Made by a program: the position numbers and the translations under genes. The notes under the pieces are model-generated. The model ran no database searches, had not been told where the DNA came from, and saw only the letters and a list, made by a program, of their open reading frames with translations. A DNA stretch of 64,000 nt. Source: a virus. Location: IMG/VR virus record IMGVR_UViG_3300042516_003202; one strand, written 5' to 3'. Positions 15,447 through 24,458 of this stretch are shown here, in pieces (the first letter of the stretch is position 1; every line of letters starts with the position of its first letter).

Positions 15447-15869
15447 TCAGGGAATAATCCAATCATAACTACCAGGAGTTTCTACACTCTCAAACCCATC
15501 ATACTCATCAATACGATAAGGACCAGAAACTTCATCAATACGAAGTTTAGCACACATTCCGTTTGCTTTGTCACCCAGTTCTTCTACAACTTGAACAAGA
15601 ACAGGGTCGTGGCGGTCAACATCACCATAATACCAAGATTGTGCCGAATATGCTTTATTATAAGCAGTTAGTTCATCTTTACTCATAGTAAAGATTTCTT
15701 TTGTGGTTTGTGGTTTCAGTCGTTGTTCAGGTGGAACTAACCAAACAGAAAATCCCCACTCATTATCTTCAATCCAAACTTTTTGTTCTTTGATGTCCCA
15801 GTAACGTTGACATGCTTCTTTAGAGAGACCAAACCCACCGTAGCAGGCATTATAAACCACTTTAGTCAT
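15447..15869 (-). CDS. Conserved phage hypothetical protein
   Basis: KVVYNACYGGFGLS..RHDPVLVQVVEELG..IDEYDGFESV. Confidence 0.8.
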   Translation of the reverse strand: MTKVVYNACYGGFGLSKEACQRYWDIKEQKVWIEDNEWGFSVWLVPPEQRLKPQTTKEIFTMSKDELTAYNKAYSAQSWYYGDVDRHDPVLVQVVEELGDKANGMCAKLRIDEVSGPYRIDEYDGFESVETPGSYDWIIP

Positions 15870-15871
15870 AA

Positions 15872-16360
15872 TCAGAGTTTGAAAGGAGAAACAATGATAC
15901 GAGGTTCAACATACACAGGGCGTGTCTTACCATTACCACTTGGATCAGAACACATCACCCAAGTTCCTTCAGCACTATCAGGAGAGAACAAACCATTAGG
16001 ATCTGCTTGAGGAAGGGTTACACCACTAATTCGCTCATACTTTTGAGGATTGGTGTATTGAGTTGCAGCAGGCAAACCATAACCAATAGAGTTGCACAGA
16101 AACACTGGACGACCAGTAGTTTCAGGAACAATATAAGTATAAGTCACCAGTCCATCTTGGTCACGCATCTCAATAATTTGTTTCATCAGTTTGCGTTCAC
16201 GGAAGTTCTTGATTGCAGGCATACCAGTTTGTGCGGTGCCTTCTTGGAGGATACGTTCTTGTTGATCACGTTGTTTTTGATCGGAATTGCTAAAATCATC
16301 ACAACCAACAAGAGTTACACCCAGAAGTGCGATGGCAGCAACAGAAGCAAATGGTTTCAT
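15872..16360 (-). CDS. Putative lipoprotein
   Basis: Lipobox LVGC; CNSIGYGLP..QYTNP..ADPNGLFSP..GTWVMC. Confidence 0.8.
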   Translation of the reverse strand: MKPFASVAAIALLGVTLVGCDDFSNSDQKQRDQQERILQEGTAQTGMPAIKNFRERKLMKQIIEMRDQDGLVTYTYIVPETTGRPVFLCNSIGYGLPAATQYTNPQKYERISGVTLPQADPNGLFSPDSAEGTWVMCSDPSGNGKTRPVYVEPRIIVSPFKL

Positions 16361-16382
16361 GATTTGGATTGATTACTTTGTT

Positions 16383-16440
16383 ATTATAGGATGGATTGTG
16401 GGAAGTAGGAAAGGTCTTGTGCCAGTTCTTTAAGTGTCCT
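16383..16440 (-). promoter_or_regulatory. Palindrome/sigma70 cassette
   Basis: GTGCCAGTT-CTTT-AAGTGTCCT at 16419; TATAAT at 30 bp. Confidence 0.8.
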
Positions 16441-16979
16441 CAACCCTTATGATTCTTATCAAAAGGTGCTTTGAAATAATGATTCGCAGCAGAATGAAAA
16501 ATCATCACACCTTCTGGATTCATAAAACCAGGAGAAGCAAGAGAACCATAATTCCAGAGACGATCCATTTCATCATCAAGAACATTTGTGCTAAACTCTC
16601 CAGTATAAAGAGTCGGAACAACATAGCAACAAGCAGGAAGATTTTCTTGATTCCAGATGCTCACATTAAACAAAGAGAATCGTTTCTCCCCTTTGGGAAG
16701 ATCATATCCTCGTTGAATTCCACTACCCCACCATTCACCATGATGACGACCAGGGCCAAGTTTCATCAGTTCATCTTTGTTTTCGGTTGCCCAACGATGA
16801 AAACCAAAGTTGTCGGACTCTGCACTCAACCAACGATTGCGACTTCCAATGAACATATCTCCATCATCAGTAATGTAGATAATTCCATTAGTTCCGTCAA
16901 TTTTTTCCGTGACCACACATTCCTTATGAAGACGGGGAATTTTAGGAAATGCAACAAATTCGGGATATATAGTGGTCAT
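16440..16979 (-). CDS. RNA ligase (Rnl2-like nucleotidyltransferase domain)
   Basis: FPKIPRL, motif I TEKIDGTNG, GSRNR, GEW.G, F.LFNV, PEGV. Confidence 0.85.
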   Translation of the reverse strand: MTTIYPEFVAFPKIPRLHKECVVTEKIDGTNGIIYITDDGDMFIGSRNRWLSAESDNFGFHRWATENKDELMKLGPGRHHGEWWGSGIQRGYDLPKGEKRFSLFNVSIWNQENLPACCYVVPTLYTGEFSTNVLDDEMDRLWNYGSLASPGFMNPEGVMIFHSAANHYFKAPFDKNHKG

Positions 16980-16985
16980 TATACT

Positions 16986-17303
16986 TTATTGAGGAAGGTT
17001 AGAGATAAAGGATTGAAGATCTGCAGGCATAGCATCAGCAGGAACTTCAGCAGCACGGTGACGGATAATATCTGCGAGTGCTACCTTATGTTCAGGAGAT
17101 GCTTTGATGTACTCAAACTGCATATTTTGCAGTTCTTGAACCGCACCTGTTCGGAATGACTTTGATTGCTCAAAGGTATTCCTGCGAACATTCTCATACT
17201 TTGGGGAAAAGAATGCAGTGAAGAGAAGGTCGTGGTAGGCAACTCCCCAGATGAGAGCACCAAACCCAACCACACCACCTACAATAGCAAGAATTGGTTT
17301 CAT
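16986..17303 (-). CDS. Membrane-anchored hypothetical protein
   Basis: N-terminal TM; ENVRRNTFEQSKSF motif. Confidence 0.75.
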   Translation of the reverse strand: MKPILAIVGGVVGFGALIWGVAYHDLLFTAFFSPKYENVRRNTFEQSKSFRTGAVQELQNMQFEYIKASPEHKVALADIIRHRAAEVPADAMPADLQSFISNLPQ

Positions 17304-17418
17304 TTGTCATTCTCCAGAGTAGATTTCAGTAGTTCATTCATAGTGCGACGAGCACGATAGTTCTGAATGATGTCCATTACACAATAACCAAAGGCAAATC
17401 CTGCCATAATCGTAGTAA

Positions 17419-17610
17419 TCATTTGGAAGAACCTCCAGAGTTCTTAAAGATAAGATTAGCAAGTACAATCATAGCAAGGTTCTGCCAGAAGGTCAAAGAT
17501 ACATTAAACCAAGACAGAATAACCCCAAGCAACCATGCTTCAAAGAGAATTCCAGCAGTTGCAATAACAATAACAGCAAAAACAGCAGCAATAGTAGCAG
17601 AATCTTTCAT
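17419..17610 (-). CDS. Small two-TM membrane protein
   Basis: ORF track; hydrophobic. Confidence 0.7.
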   Translation of the reverse strand: MKDSATIAAVFAVIVIATAGILFEAWLLGVILSWFNVSLTFWQNLAMIVLANLIFKNSGGSSK

Positions 17611-18143
17611 CAGATTGCCTCCGTTGCCAGTTTAGCACCTTTGAACTTGCCACGAGCACTCTTGTTCTTGGTATCTACACCAGTCACCACAGCGATCTGG
17701 GGAGTGCTAGAACCAGTGTACAGTAGAATATCACCTTTGCTCAAAGCGCCAGGAGTGCCCACATAATGGTTCTCACTACTGCCCATCTTGGCGCTGAAGG
17801 TGTAAGGTACAACTTCTTCCAGAGCACTCTTGTCAAAGACATGAATTGCTCCAGTACCTTTCTCTTCAATCAGGTATTGGTTTTGACTGTTGGTGCCGAT
17901 GTGAGTGCCATAGGCAACCTTACCGTCAACAGTGAAAGAATAAAGGGTTTTAGTGTCCGCCATTTCAGTTTCCTCTTCGTAAAGTTTTAGATCAGAACCA
18001 TAACAAGAAAAAGATTGATTGTTATGAAGATATCTGCAGGTGTAATATCCAGTACTACTATAATCACTTACATAAGTAATTTTAGCAGGTTTTTTTCCAG
18101 CTCGTTTGGTGACAATATCACCAAGATTAAATTCCAGTGCCAT
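17610..18143 (-). CDS. Hypothetical protein
   Basis: ORF track. Confidence 0.8.
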   Translation of the reverse strand: MALEFNLGDIVTKRAGKKPAKITYVSDYSSTGYYTCRYLHNNQSFSCYGSDLKLYEEETEMADTKTLYSFTVDGKVAYGTHIGTNSQNQYLIEEKGTGAIHVFDKSALEEVVPYTFSAKMGSSENHYVGTPGALSKGDILLYTGSSTPQIAVVTGVDTKNKSARGKFKGAKLATEAI

Positions 18144-18145
18144 AA

Positions 18146-18412
18146 TTAAAGACTTTCAACTTGATTAAGAATAATGTCAATATCTTCTGTGGTCAAATGC
18201 CCCATAACATCATCTGTAATAGGAGTATCATAGCAGATCTCCCAATCTTCCTCAAGTCCTTTGAGAACTGCAAGTTCATAGAGTCCGTCAGATCCACCAT
18301 AAGAGTGTGACGATTTGATTACAGATACACCGTAACCATTATCAAAGAAGTGTTTTGCCTGAACACCATCCCAGTTAGGATGTGGTTCAAAATTAAGATC
18401 AGTGAATTTCAT
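18146..18412 (-). CDS. Conserved phage hypothetical protein
   Basis: FDNGYGVSVI..SYGG..GLYELAVL..TPITDDV.GHL. Confidence 0.8.
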   Translation of the reverse strand: MKFTDLNFEPHPNWDGVQAKHFFDNGYGVSVIKSSHSYGGSDGLYELAVLKGLEEDWEICYDTPITDDVMGHLTTEDIDIILNQVESL

Positions 18413-18414
18413 AA

Positions 18415-18663
18415 TCAGTTACCAAATCGCTGTGCCCAGAGTGAATAAGAATGGTTTTTCATGTGTTCAAGCATTTCATAACGCTGCCGAATTTCAGAGT
18501 CTTCAGGAAGATCATAGATGCAGGGAATGGCAAGATCCATTCCATCAACAGCATGATTAAGAATGCTATTCAAAAGATCATGTTCTTCAACAGTAAACTC
18601 CATCGTGATGGGTTGCGTGTCGTAATAGTCTTTAATAATTTCAACAGTTTCCATAATAATCAA
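18415..18663 (-). CDS. Hypothetical protein
   Basis: ORF track. Confidence 0.7.
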   Translation of the reverse strand: MIIMETVEIIKDYYDTQPITMEFTVEEHDLLNSILNHAVDGMDLAIPCIYDLPEDSEIRQRYEMLEHMKNHSYSLWAQRFGN

Positions 18664-19070
18664 ACAGCAAGGGTAGCAGAAGGGATTTCAACTTGTTTTA
18701 CCATATCAGGAAAACGTCCATCATTAGTATAGCACACCCACTCACCATCTTTAGTGAAAATGTAGGAGTATTCTTCACTATCGCACAGATACTCATTCAG
18801 GTCAGCATCGTGGCGAGGAGGGCAATCTTCACCACGCTGGGAATAGTATTGAGGACCATATTCCTGTGCTTTGGTCTCACTATTCCAACGGTCTTCAGTC
18901 CAGCAAGAACTCATATCGCCACCATCAATCAGTTCAGTAGCAAGAGCACGGGTGTTGTAGTGAGTTTTCAGGATGCGACCCAACCATTCAGGATAACCAT
19001 TCCAGTGGTGGTACACAGAGAGCACAGAACCGTTCTTCAGTTCAATACCGATGCGGGAGCGAGTTGCCAT
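18660..19070 (-). CDS. Conserved T4-like phage hypothetical protein
   Basis: MATRSRIG..SVYHHWNGYPEWLG motif. Confidence 0.8.
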   Translation of the reverse strand: MATRSRIGIELKNGSVLSVYHHWNGYPEWLGRILKTHYNTRALATELIDGGDMSSCWTEDRWNSETKAQEYGPQYYSQRGEDCPPRHDADLNEYLCDSEEYSYIFTKDGEWVCYTNDGRFPDMVKQVEIPSATLAV

Positions 19071-19093
19071 GAGGCGTTTCGTTGATTACCTTG

Positions 19094-19858
19094 TTAGTAT
19101 AGGGCATCCACAAGGGGATTGGAGGCACCTTGGACCACTTCTTCAACTGGCACAGCACTTTCTATGCGTTTCTTGGCGATCTCATAGTATTGCTGATCCA
19201 TTTCAATCCCAATAAATTTACGCCCAGTTTGAACTGCAGCAACACCAGTGGTTCCAGATCCCATTGTATTGTCTAAAACAGTTTCTCCAGGATTAGTGTA
19301 GGTTTTAATTAGATATTCCATGAGATCCACAGGTTTTTGTGTTGGATGTAATCCTTTTTCTTGTTTGAACTTTAATACAGTTTTAGGATATCTTGACCCA
19401 TCTGGATTATCTCTATGTTTTGATTGGGCACTTCCATAAACTTCACCAATTTTGCTTACATTTGAAGAAAATCCGCTGTAAGGGGTTGAGTACCACATCT
19501 GAGGATTATAGGTACATTTTTTGCGATAAAATACCAAGATATTTTCGTGAGATTTCAAAGGCATTACCTTGGAATTCATAGGATTTGTACCTTGAGGTTT
19601 TTCCCAAATCCATTCATAACGAAAGTTCTCAAGATTTGATGCTGCAAGTATAGTTGTAAATGGTTGTGCCGCAGTAAACACCATTGCACCATTTTCTTTA
19701 CAAATGCGATTGTATTGTTCCCATAACTTATCCAATGGAATAATACTATCCCACTTACAAGCAGTTGTACCATATGGAAGGTCTACCAACACCATATCTA
19801 CAGAGTTATCGGCAAGTGTTGGTAGAATTTCTAAACAATCACCCAATAACAATGTCAT
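19094..19858 (-). CDS. N4/N6 DNA methyltransferase (beta class)
   Basis: GDCLE, motif IV DLPY, HPTQKP, motif I VLDNTMGSGTTG; start MTLLLGD. Confidence 0.92.
   Translation of the reverse strand: MTLLLGDCLEILPTLADNSVDMVLVDLPYGTTACKWDSIIPLDKLWEQYNRICKENGAMVFTAAQPFTTILAASNLENFRYEWIWEKPQGTNPMNSKVMPLKSHENILVFYRKKCTYNPQMWYSTPYSGFSSNVSKIGEVYGSAQSKHRDNPDGSRYPKTVLKFKQEKGLHPTQKPVDLMEYLIKTYTNPGETVLDNTMGSGTTGVAAVQTGRKFIGIEMDQQYYEIAKKRIESAVPVEEVVQGASNPLVDALY
19096..19153 (-). promoter_or_regulatory. Cassette embedded in the MTase 3' end
   Basis: GGACCACTT-CTTC-AACTGGCAC at 19132; TATACT at 30 bp. Confidence 0.7.
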
Positions 19859-20423
19859 GAATTTCCTCACAAGAATCCAATTTAACAGTTGTCCAAAGTT
19901 GATCAGACATGCTCTTCTGAATTTTAGCAAAAAAATCTTCAGAAGTACATTCCCATCCCATTATTTTCCCTTTAGTATCTTTGCGAGATCCCATGGTCTC
20001 TTTCCACTCCTGTTCATGATAATTTAATTTATCTGCATCAATAACAATAAAATAGTAAATTTTATTTCCTCTTTCCCAATCACTTTTTTCACATGCAAGA
20101 CAAAATATATAATCTTCTTTTTTTACACTAAGAAATTCAAGTTTTTCTGTGATTGTTTTATGCTTTGTTAATCGTGATCCAGAAATAGTAACTACATCAT
20201 TTTCAACAAATCCACCTTTATTACTAATGCGGATTCCAGAATCTGTAGTTTGATCTACTCCACTTTTATGGTTAAAGTCTGGTTTCCAATCACTACCAAA
20301 TCCAGCATCTTTCAGTGCTTTTGAAAGAAGTTCTTCCCAATACTCTGCTTTACATTGACCACTATAAAGTTCATGATGTTTTTCAAGATAATGAGTAACA
20401 ATAGGGACAAGAGACTCAAACAT
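19839..20423 (-). CDS. Putative restriction-endonuclease-like protein
   Basis: Overlaps MTase start by 20 nt; E-rich helix then D...ISNK, compatible with a PD-(D/E)xK variant. Confidence 0.45.
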   Translation of the reverse strand: MFESLVPIVTHYLEKHHELYSGQCKAEYWEELLSKALKDAGFGSDWKPDFNHKSGVDQTTDSGIRISNKGGFVENDVVTISGSRLTKHKTITEKLEFLSVKKEDYIFCLACEKSDWERGNKIYYFIVIDADKLNYHEQEWKETMGSRKDTKGKIMGWECTSEDFFAKIQKSMSDQLWTTVKLDSCEEIHDIVIG

Positions 20424-20445
20424 AATTTAAGAAATATACAGTAGT

Positions 20446-20503
20446 ATCATAAAGGCACCCCAGAAAACTAGGGTGCCTGATGTGCCAGTTTAGCAACTGT
20501 TAC
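20446..20503 (-). promoter_or_regulatory. Palindrome/hairpin/sigma70 cassette
   Basis: GTGCCAGTT-TAGC-AACTGTTAC at 20482; stem GGCACCC/GGGTGCC; TATGAT at 30 bp. Confidence 0.8.
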
Positions 20504-20716
20504 TCAATCATCATAAACCCTACATTCAAGAGCATTAGGGTGAGCATCGCAGTACAATTCTAATGCAGTTGGATCATGATTGTCATTTGGGTGATTTTCT
20601 TTGTAGGATTTCAATGCTTCAAGTTCCTCTTCAGTGTGCCTCCGTGCCTGGGGAGAAATCATGGGATCTTCCAAAAGTTCTTCATCCTTCTGGATATGTT
20701 GGTCGATGTTTTCCAT
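20504..20716 (-). CDS. cp12: CP12 Calvin-cycle inhibitor (auxiliary metabolic gene)
   Basis: C-terminal LELYCDAHPNALECRVYDD; start MENIDQHI. Confidence 0.92.
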   Translation of the reverse strand: MENIDQHIQKDEELLEDPMISPQARRHTEEELEALKSYKENHPNDNHDPTALELYCDAHPNALECRVYDD

Positions 20717-20744
20717 TTTAGTGTTTTGATGATACTTATTTATT

Positions 20745-20921
20745 TTATCGGGGAGTACAATCACCCTTTCCTTCAAGAGAACGAACCATCAACTCGGTGA
20801 ACTTTTCCATTTTTTGAGCAGAAACTGTTTGTGGTGCATAGGTAATGGCATTTTTGAGTGCTAGAAGTTCATTCCATTCTTCGGTTGTGAGGTTTGCGGT
20901 TCCAGTTTTTGAAAGGGTCAT
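20745..20921 (-). CDS. Small hypothetical protein (58 aa)
   Basis: Hand translation MTLSKTGTANLTTEEWNELLALK... Confidence 0.7.
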   Translation of the reverse strand: MTLSKTGTANLTTEEWNELLALKNAITYAPQTVSAQKMEKFTELMVRSLEGKGDCTPR

Positions 20922-21016
20922 AGTGTTTTTGTGATGTGTCCCAATATTAGCATTTCAATACATAACTATCTAGAAACTTAATGTTTTCTTTGGGATCGCG
21001 TTACAATGCGTTACAA

Positions 21017-21244
21017 TCACTCTCTATTGAAGAATGGTCCGAAGAATCCACTATCACCAGATTTGCGATTTTCAAGTTTATCAAGAAGCGCATCTGTTGA
21101 CATAAGAGTATCAATACGTGAAATCATGTCGGCAACAACACTACAAACCATAGGTCGCTCTTGGCGTGCAGCATATGCTAAAGCATTACGCAGAGATGCT
21201 TCTGCTTCTTTCAAACTTTGTTCTACTGATTCACTTAATGCCAT
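21017..21244 (-). CDS. Conserved cyanophage hypothetical protein
   Basis: MALSESVEQSLKEAEASLRNALAYAARQE. Confidence 0.8.
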   Translation of the reverse strand: MALSESVEQSLKEAEASLRNALAYAARQERPMVCSVVADMISRIDTLMSTDALLDKLENRKSGDSGFFGPFFNRE

Positions 21245-21400
21245 TCAATCTGTCCTCACATTTAGTATAAAAGGTTCCGTTTACATAACAGGATTTGCCT
21301 GGTTCATAGTATTTTACCACAGGCGTCTGTATTCTTGGATATTCTACCACATTTTTCACATGGCAGAATAAATTGTAACCACAAATAAGAGTTTCAATCA

Positions 21401-22102
21401 TCAGCATTCATCCATGCCAACTGTTTGAAATAATTTACGGAGAGTATAAGATCCATCTCCATTATCAATCCACTCAATCTGGTCACCCTCTTTAAGATTT
21501 GCTGCTTCCATCAAATCATTTGGAAAACATACGAAATATTCTCCACTAGGACCATCTACTTCCACAGGAAGTTGCCACTTTGTAACTTTATCTTTAGGGG
21601 TCTCTCTAATCCAAAATCCATCAGCAGTCATAGTCCAACCAGCAGCAATTGCTTCATCATAAGTTGCATCAAGTTTTGCTCGCTTATCATAGTATTCTGC
21701 TTCACGCAGATTATACTCACGGCACTTTTCTTTCTCCTGATCTGATGCTGCCTTTTCGCACATCGCATTCAATTCTTCTTCAGTGTATTGAAGTGCTTCC
21801 ATATCACTATGCCCCCAAGGAGGCATAGTATCATTTTCCCAAAAATCATTCCAAGATTTCTTACATTCTGGAGAAGGATCATCTTTATCGCAAGATAAAT
21901 GACCCTTTCCATTACCATTCAGAAGAGCAAGAAGTTCATAACAACGACTTGCATGTAATTTATGCATGTGGTAGTTTTCATCAACTACATTCTTAATCAC
22001 GTCATAAATCTCTTGTGGAGTTGCATTCGAAGTAGAAATAGCATCGTGCATCCACTCTTCAAGTTTTTGAAGAGAGTAATTTTTGTAGTCAAAGTCCATC
22101 AA
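21401..22102 (-). CDS. Multi-domain protein with C-terminal AbrB/MazE-like swapped-hairpin domain
   Basis: C-term LPVEVD..EYFVCFPNDLMEAANLKEGDQIEWIDNGDGSYTLRK. Confidence 0.7.
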   Translation of the reverse strand: MMDFDYKNYSLQKLEEWMHDAISTSNATPQEIYDVIKNVVDENYHMHKLHASRCYELLALLNGNGKGHLSCDKDDPSPECKKSWNDFWENDTMPPWGHSDMEALQYTEEELNAMCEKAASDQEKEKCREYNLREAEYYDKRAKLDATYDEAIAAGWTMTADGFWIRETPKDKVTKWQLPVEVDGPSGEYFVCFPNDLMEAANLKEGDQIEWIDNGDGSYTLRKLFQTVGMDEC

Positions 22103-22125
22103 GGTAATCCTTAATTGCTTGCTCC

Positions 22126-22154
22126 ACTATAACCTGGATCTCCTTGCTTGTCAA
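22126..22154 (-). promoter_or_regulatory. sigma70 promoter
   Basis: TTGACA-17-TATAGT. Confidence 0.65.
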
Positions 22155-22242
22155 CCCATTTAACCAAGACCATTTTGGGTCTTGTGGGTCCCAGTCCATG
22201 GTGAACGATCCATCTTCGTTCTCTGTTATTTTAAGAGTGTCT

Positions 22243-22467
22243 TCAGACTCCATCACCAGTCTCCTGCCAAGTTTGTTTTTCCGCTTTGCGAAGTTTTTTA
22301 AGTTCTTTCATCATCTCTTTAATTTCTTGATATGCTGTTTCTGGACTGATTTTATCAGAAATTTCAAGTCCAACAACATATTGCACTTTATCTCCAAATC
22401 GGGCAAGTGCTCTTTCAAATTCAGTTAAAGTTTCATACATCGTAATTAATCCTACAACGTTCAGCAA
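22243..22467 (-). CDS. Hypothetical protein
   Basis: ORF track; likely start MYETL. Confidence 0.75.
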   Translation of the reverse strand: MLNVVGLITMYETLTEFERALARFGDKVQYVVGLEISDKISPETAYQEIKEMMKELKKLRKAEKQTWQETGDGV

Positions 22468-22654
22468 GAATATCTATACGTGCATCAAGAGAATTTTCAA
22501 GACGATAAAGTTCATTGGTAGTTTCTGTATTTTCCCTTTCAAGAAGTTCTATACGATTCTCCAATTCAATTAGTTTACTATAAAGATCAATATGATCTTC
22601 TACAATTTGTTTTTCAGTTGGAGAAAAAAACCAACTTATAAATTTACGGATCAT
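22433..22654 (-). CDS. Hypothetical coiled-coil protein
   Basis: ORF track. Confidence 0.75.
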   Translation of the reverse strand: MIRKFISWFFSPTEKQIVEDHIDLYSKLIELENRIELLERENTETTNELYRLENSLDARIDILAERCRINYDV

Positions 22655-22880
22655 TTTTTACATTCCTTAGTTGACTTTGAACATATATCATTTCATCTTG
22701 AAGTCTTATAATACGTTCATCAAATGATTTAATCCATTCAATAATCATGTAACTTTCACCAGTTTCTTCATTTTTAACAGTGTAATAAAAATCATTTGCA
22801 TCCTCTTTTTCATAAGGATATAAACGTTGCTCTAATTCAGAAACTATTTGCCATAACCATATTCTTAAATACCTAATCAT
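22644..22880 (-). CDS. Hypothetical protein
   Basis: ORF track. Confidence 0.7.
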   Translation of the reverse strand: MIRYLRIWLWQIVSELEQRLYPYEKEDANDFYYTVKNEETGESYMIIEWIKSFDERIIRLQDEMIYVQSQLRNVKNDP

Positions 22881-23027
22881 AATACACCAACAGATTTAAG
22901 ATAGTTTCTGTATGCAGTATATCTTCTTATACTTGGTTGATCTTTGACGCCTAACTGGTGACAAATTTCACAATAGCATAACCACTCATACCAAGGAGTC
23001 GTTGGATCTAAAACATGATATGGATAA

Positions 23028-23255
23028 TCAGAGTTTTCCACCCACTACCCCTTCATGAACTTTTTCGGGTTCAGGGAAACCTTCCTGCCGTCCTTTAAGG
23101 ATAAAACGGGTCGCTGATATACATTGCTCTTTAGTGAGAGACGTGACCAATCCGTTTCCGTTAAGATCTGTTGAATCCCAGAGTCCATACCTTTTCTCCT
23201 GAACGTAGAAACAATCATCAATTAAAGTTTGTTTTTCTTCCATAGTCATCCTCAA
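23028..23255 (-). CDS. Hypothetical protein
   Basis: ORF track; ends VGGKL. Confidence 0.75.
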   Translation of the reverse strand: MRMTMEEKQTLIDDCFYVQEKRYGLWDSTDLNGNGLVTSLTKEQCISATRFILKGRQEGFPEPEKVHEGVVGGKL

Positions 23256-23577
23256 ATCTTACGATGTCCTCTTCATCACAAATAGATCCAACTTGAACTT
23301 CAATAAATTTAACACCAAATTCACCAGCAGTCATTCGGTGAAGTTCATTCTTACGAATATGTATGTGATCTCCACGTTTAACATCACACTGATAAGTTGA
23401 TGTTGTAACAATACCATCACCTTCAACAATTACCCAAAATTCTTGACGACTGGTATGTCTCTGCAAAGAAAACTGGAGATTTGGATTTACATAAATCGTT
23501 TTAATTTTGTAGGGATTAGTACTATCTTCTTCATGAAGATCAAACCAACCCCACGGTCTTTCAGTTCTTTCGCTCAT
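23218..23577 (-). CDS. Cupin, mannose-6-phosphate isomerase type II C-terminal-like
   Basis: ERPWGWF..YKIKTIYVNP..SLQRH..EFW..HRM..IEVQVG..EEDIVRFEDDYGR. Confidence 0.88.
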   Translation of the reverse strand: MSERTERPWGWFDLHEEDSTNPYKIKTIYVNPNLQFSLQRHTSRQEFWVIVEGDGIVTTSTYQCDVKRGDHIHIRKNELHRMTAGEFGVKFIEVQVGSICDEEDIVRFEDDYGRKTNFN

Positions 23578-23682
23578 TTACTTTTTCTACAGTTTCATGA
23601 AGTTGTTTGAGTGCTTCAATTGTTTCTGGAGTTTCTTCCCACTCCCAAGAGTTTCCATTTTTATCAACAAAAGTGCGTGTTG

Positions 23683-23874
23683 TCATTCGTTTTCTCCTTG
23701 GAAAGTAATAGTATAATCTTTTTTCTTAAACTTACAACGCTCTATGTATTTTTTAGCGTGTGCTTCACATTGAAAGTAACAAGTTTTTTTATCCTTTAGA
23801 TCTTTTCCATCTTTATGCACAATCTTAACTGGAAATCCAGGATGTGGAAACTCTTCTTTAATTGGTTTAATCAT
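23683..23874 (-). CDS. Small basic hypothetical protein
   Basis: ORF track; KKTCYFQCEAHAKKY. Confidence 0.7.
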   Translation of the reverse strand: MIKPIKEEFPHPGFPVKIVHKDGKDLKDKKTCYFQCEAHAKKYIERCKFKKKDYTITFQGENE

Positions 23875-23878
23875 TTAA

Positions 23879-24073
23879 TTAATCATAAAGGTTTTGTTCT
23901 TGTTGCAACCTATCTATGTGATGATAGATTGTTTCTTGAGAGTATTCAAATTCCACAAATCTTTGTGGATTTTTCTTTTGCATTTTAGAAAGCATATTGA
24001 TCCAGTCATAGTGTTTATCTACGACCCAACCATATCGGCGTTCATCATGCATTATATCATAGATGGAGATCAT
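23879..24073 (-). CDS. Hypothetical protein
   Basis: ORF track. Confidence 0.7.
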   Translation of the reverse strand: MISIYDIMHDERRYGWVVDKHYDWINMLSKMQKKNPQRFVEFEYSQETIYHHIDRLQQEQNLYD

Positions 24074-24242
24074 TTTAAGTGTTTGGGTTTTTCGGTGTCA
24101 AATTGATACCATTTAGCATCTTTCATCTGAAGGCACATGAGTACTGTAGCATGTTCTCTCTGTTCTCTGGGTGTGCCACGATACAAATGTCTACGTTGAT
24201 GGGCACAGCACCAAACATTATAATAAATTTTTGCCTTTTCGT

Positions 24243-24458
24243 TCACATTTTATCCCCAAGTGTATATTCTCTTGGTCCATAATTTGGGTTTTTCTCAATA
24301 TATTTCTGCACTGCCTTTGCACCTATACCACCTTGCTTATCAAGAATTTTCATTACTTGTTTTTTTGACAATTTTGTCTTTACTTCTTTTTTCTTTGCTT
24401 CTTCTAAAAACTGTTTGAAAGTAATCATGACTTTTTGAAAGTATTTATTCAATCCCAT
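24243..24458 (-). CDS. Small basic protein (MITFKQFLEE type)
   Basis: ORF track; ATAAATA late box upstream of the second Met. Confidence 0.65.
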   Translation of the reverse strand: MGLNKYFQKVMITFKQFLEEAKKKEVKTKLSKKQVMKILDKQGGIGAKAVQKYIEKNPNYGPREYTLGDKM

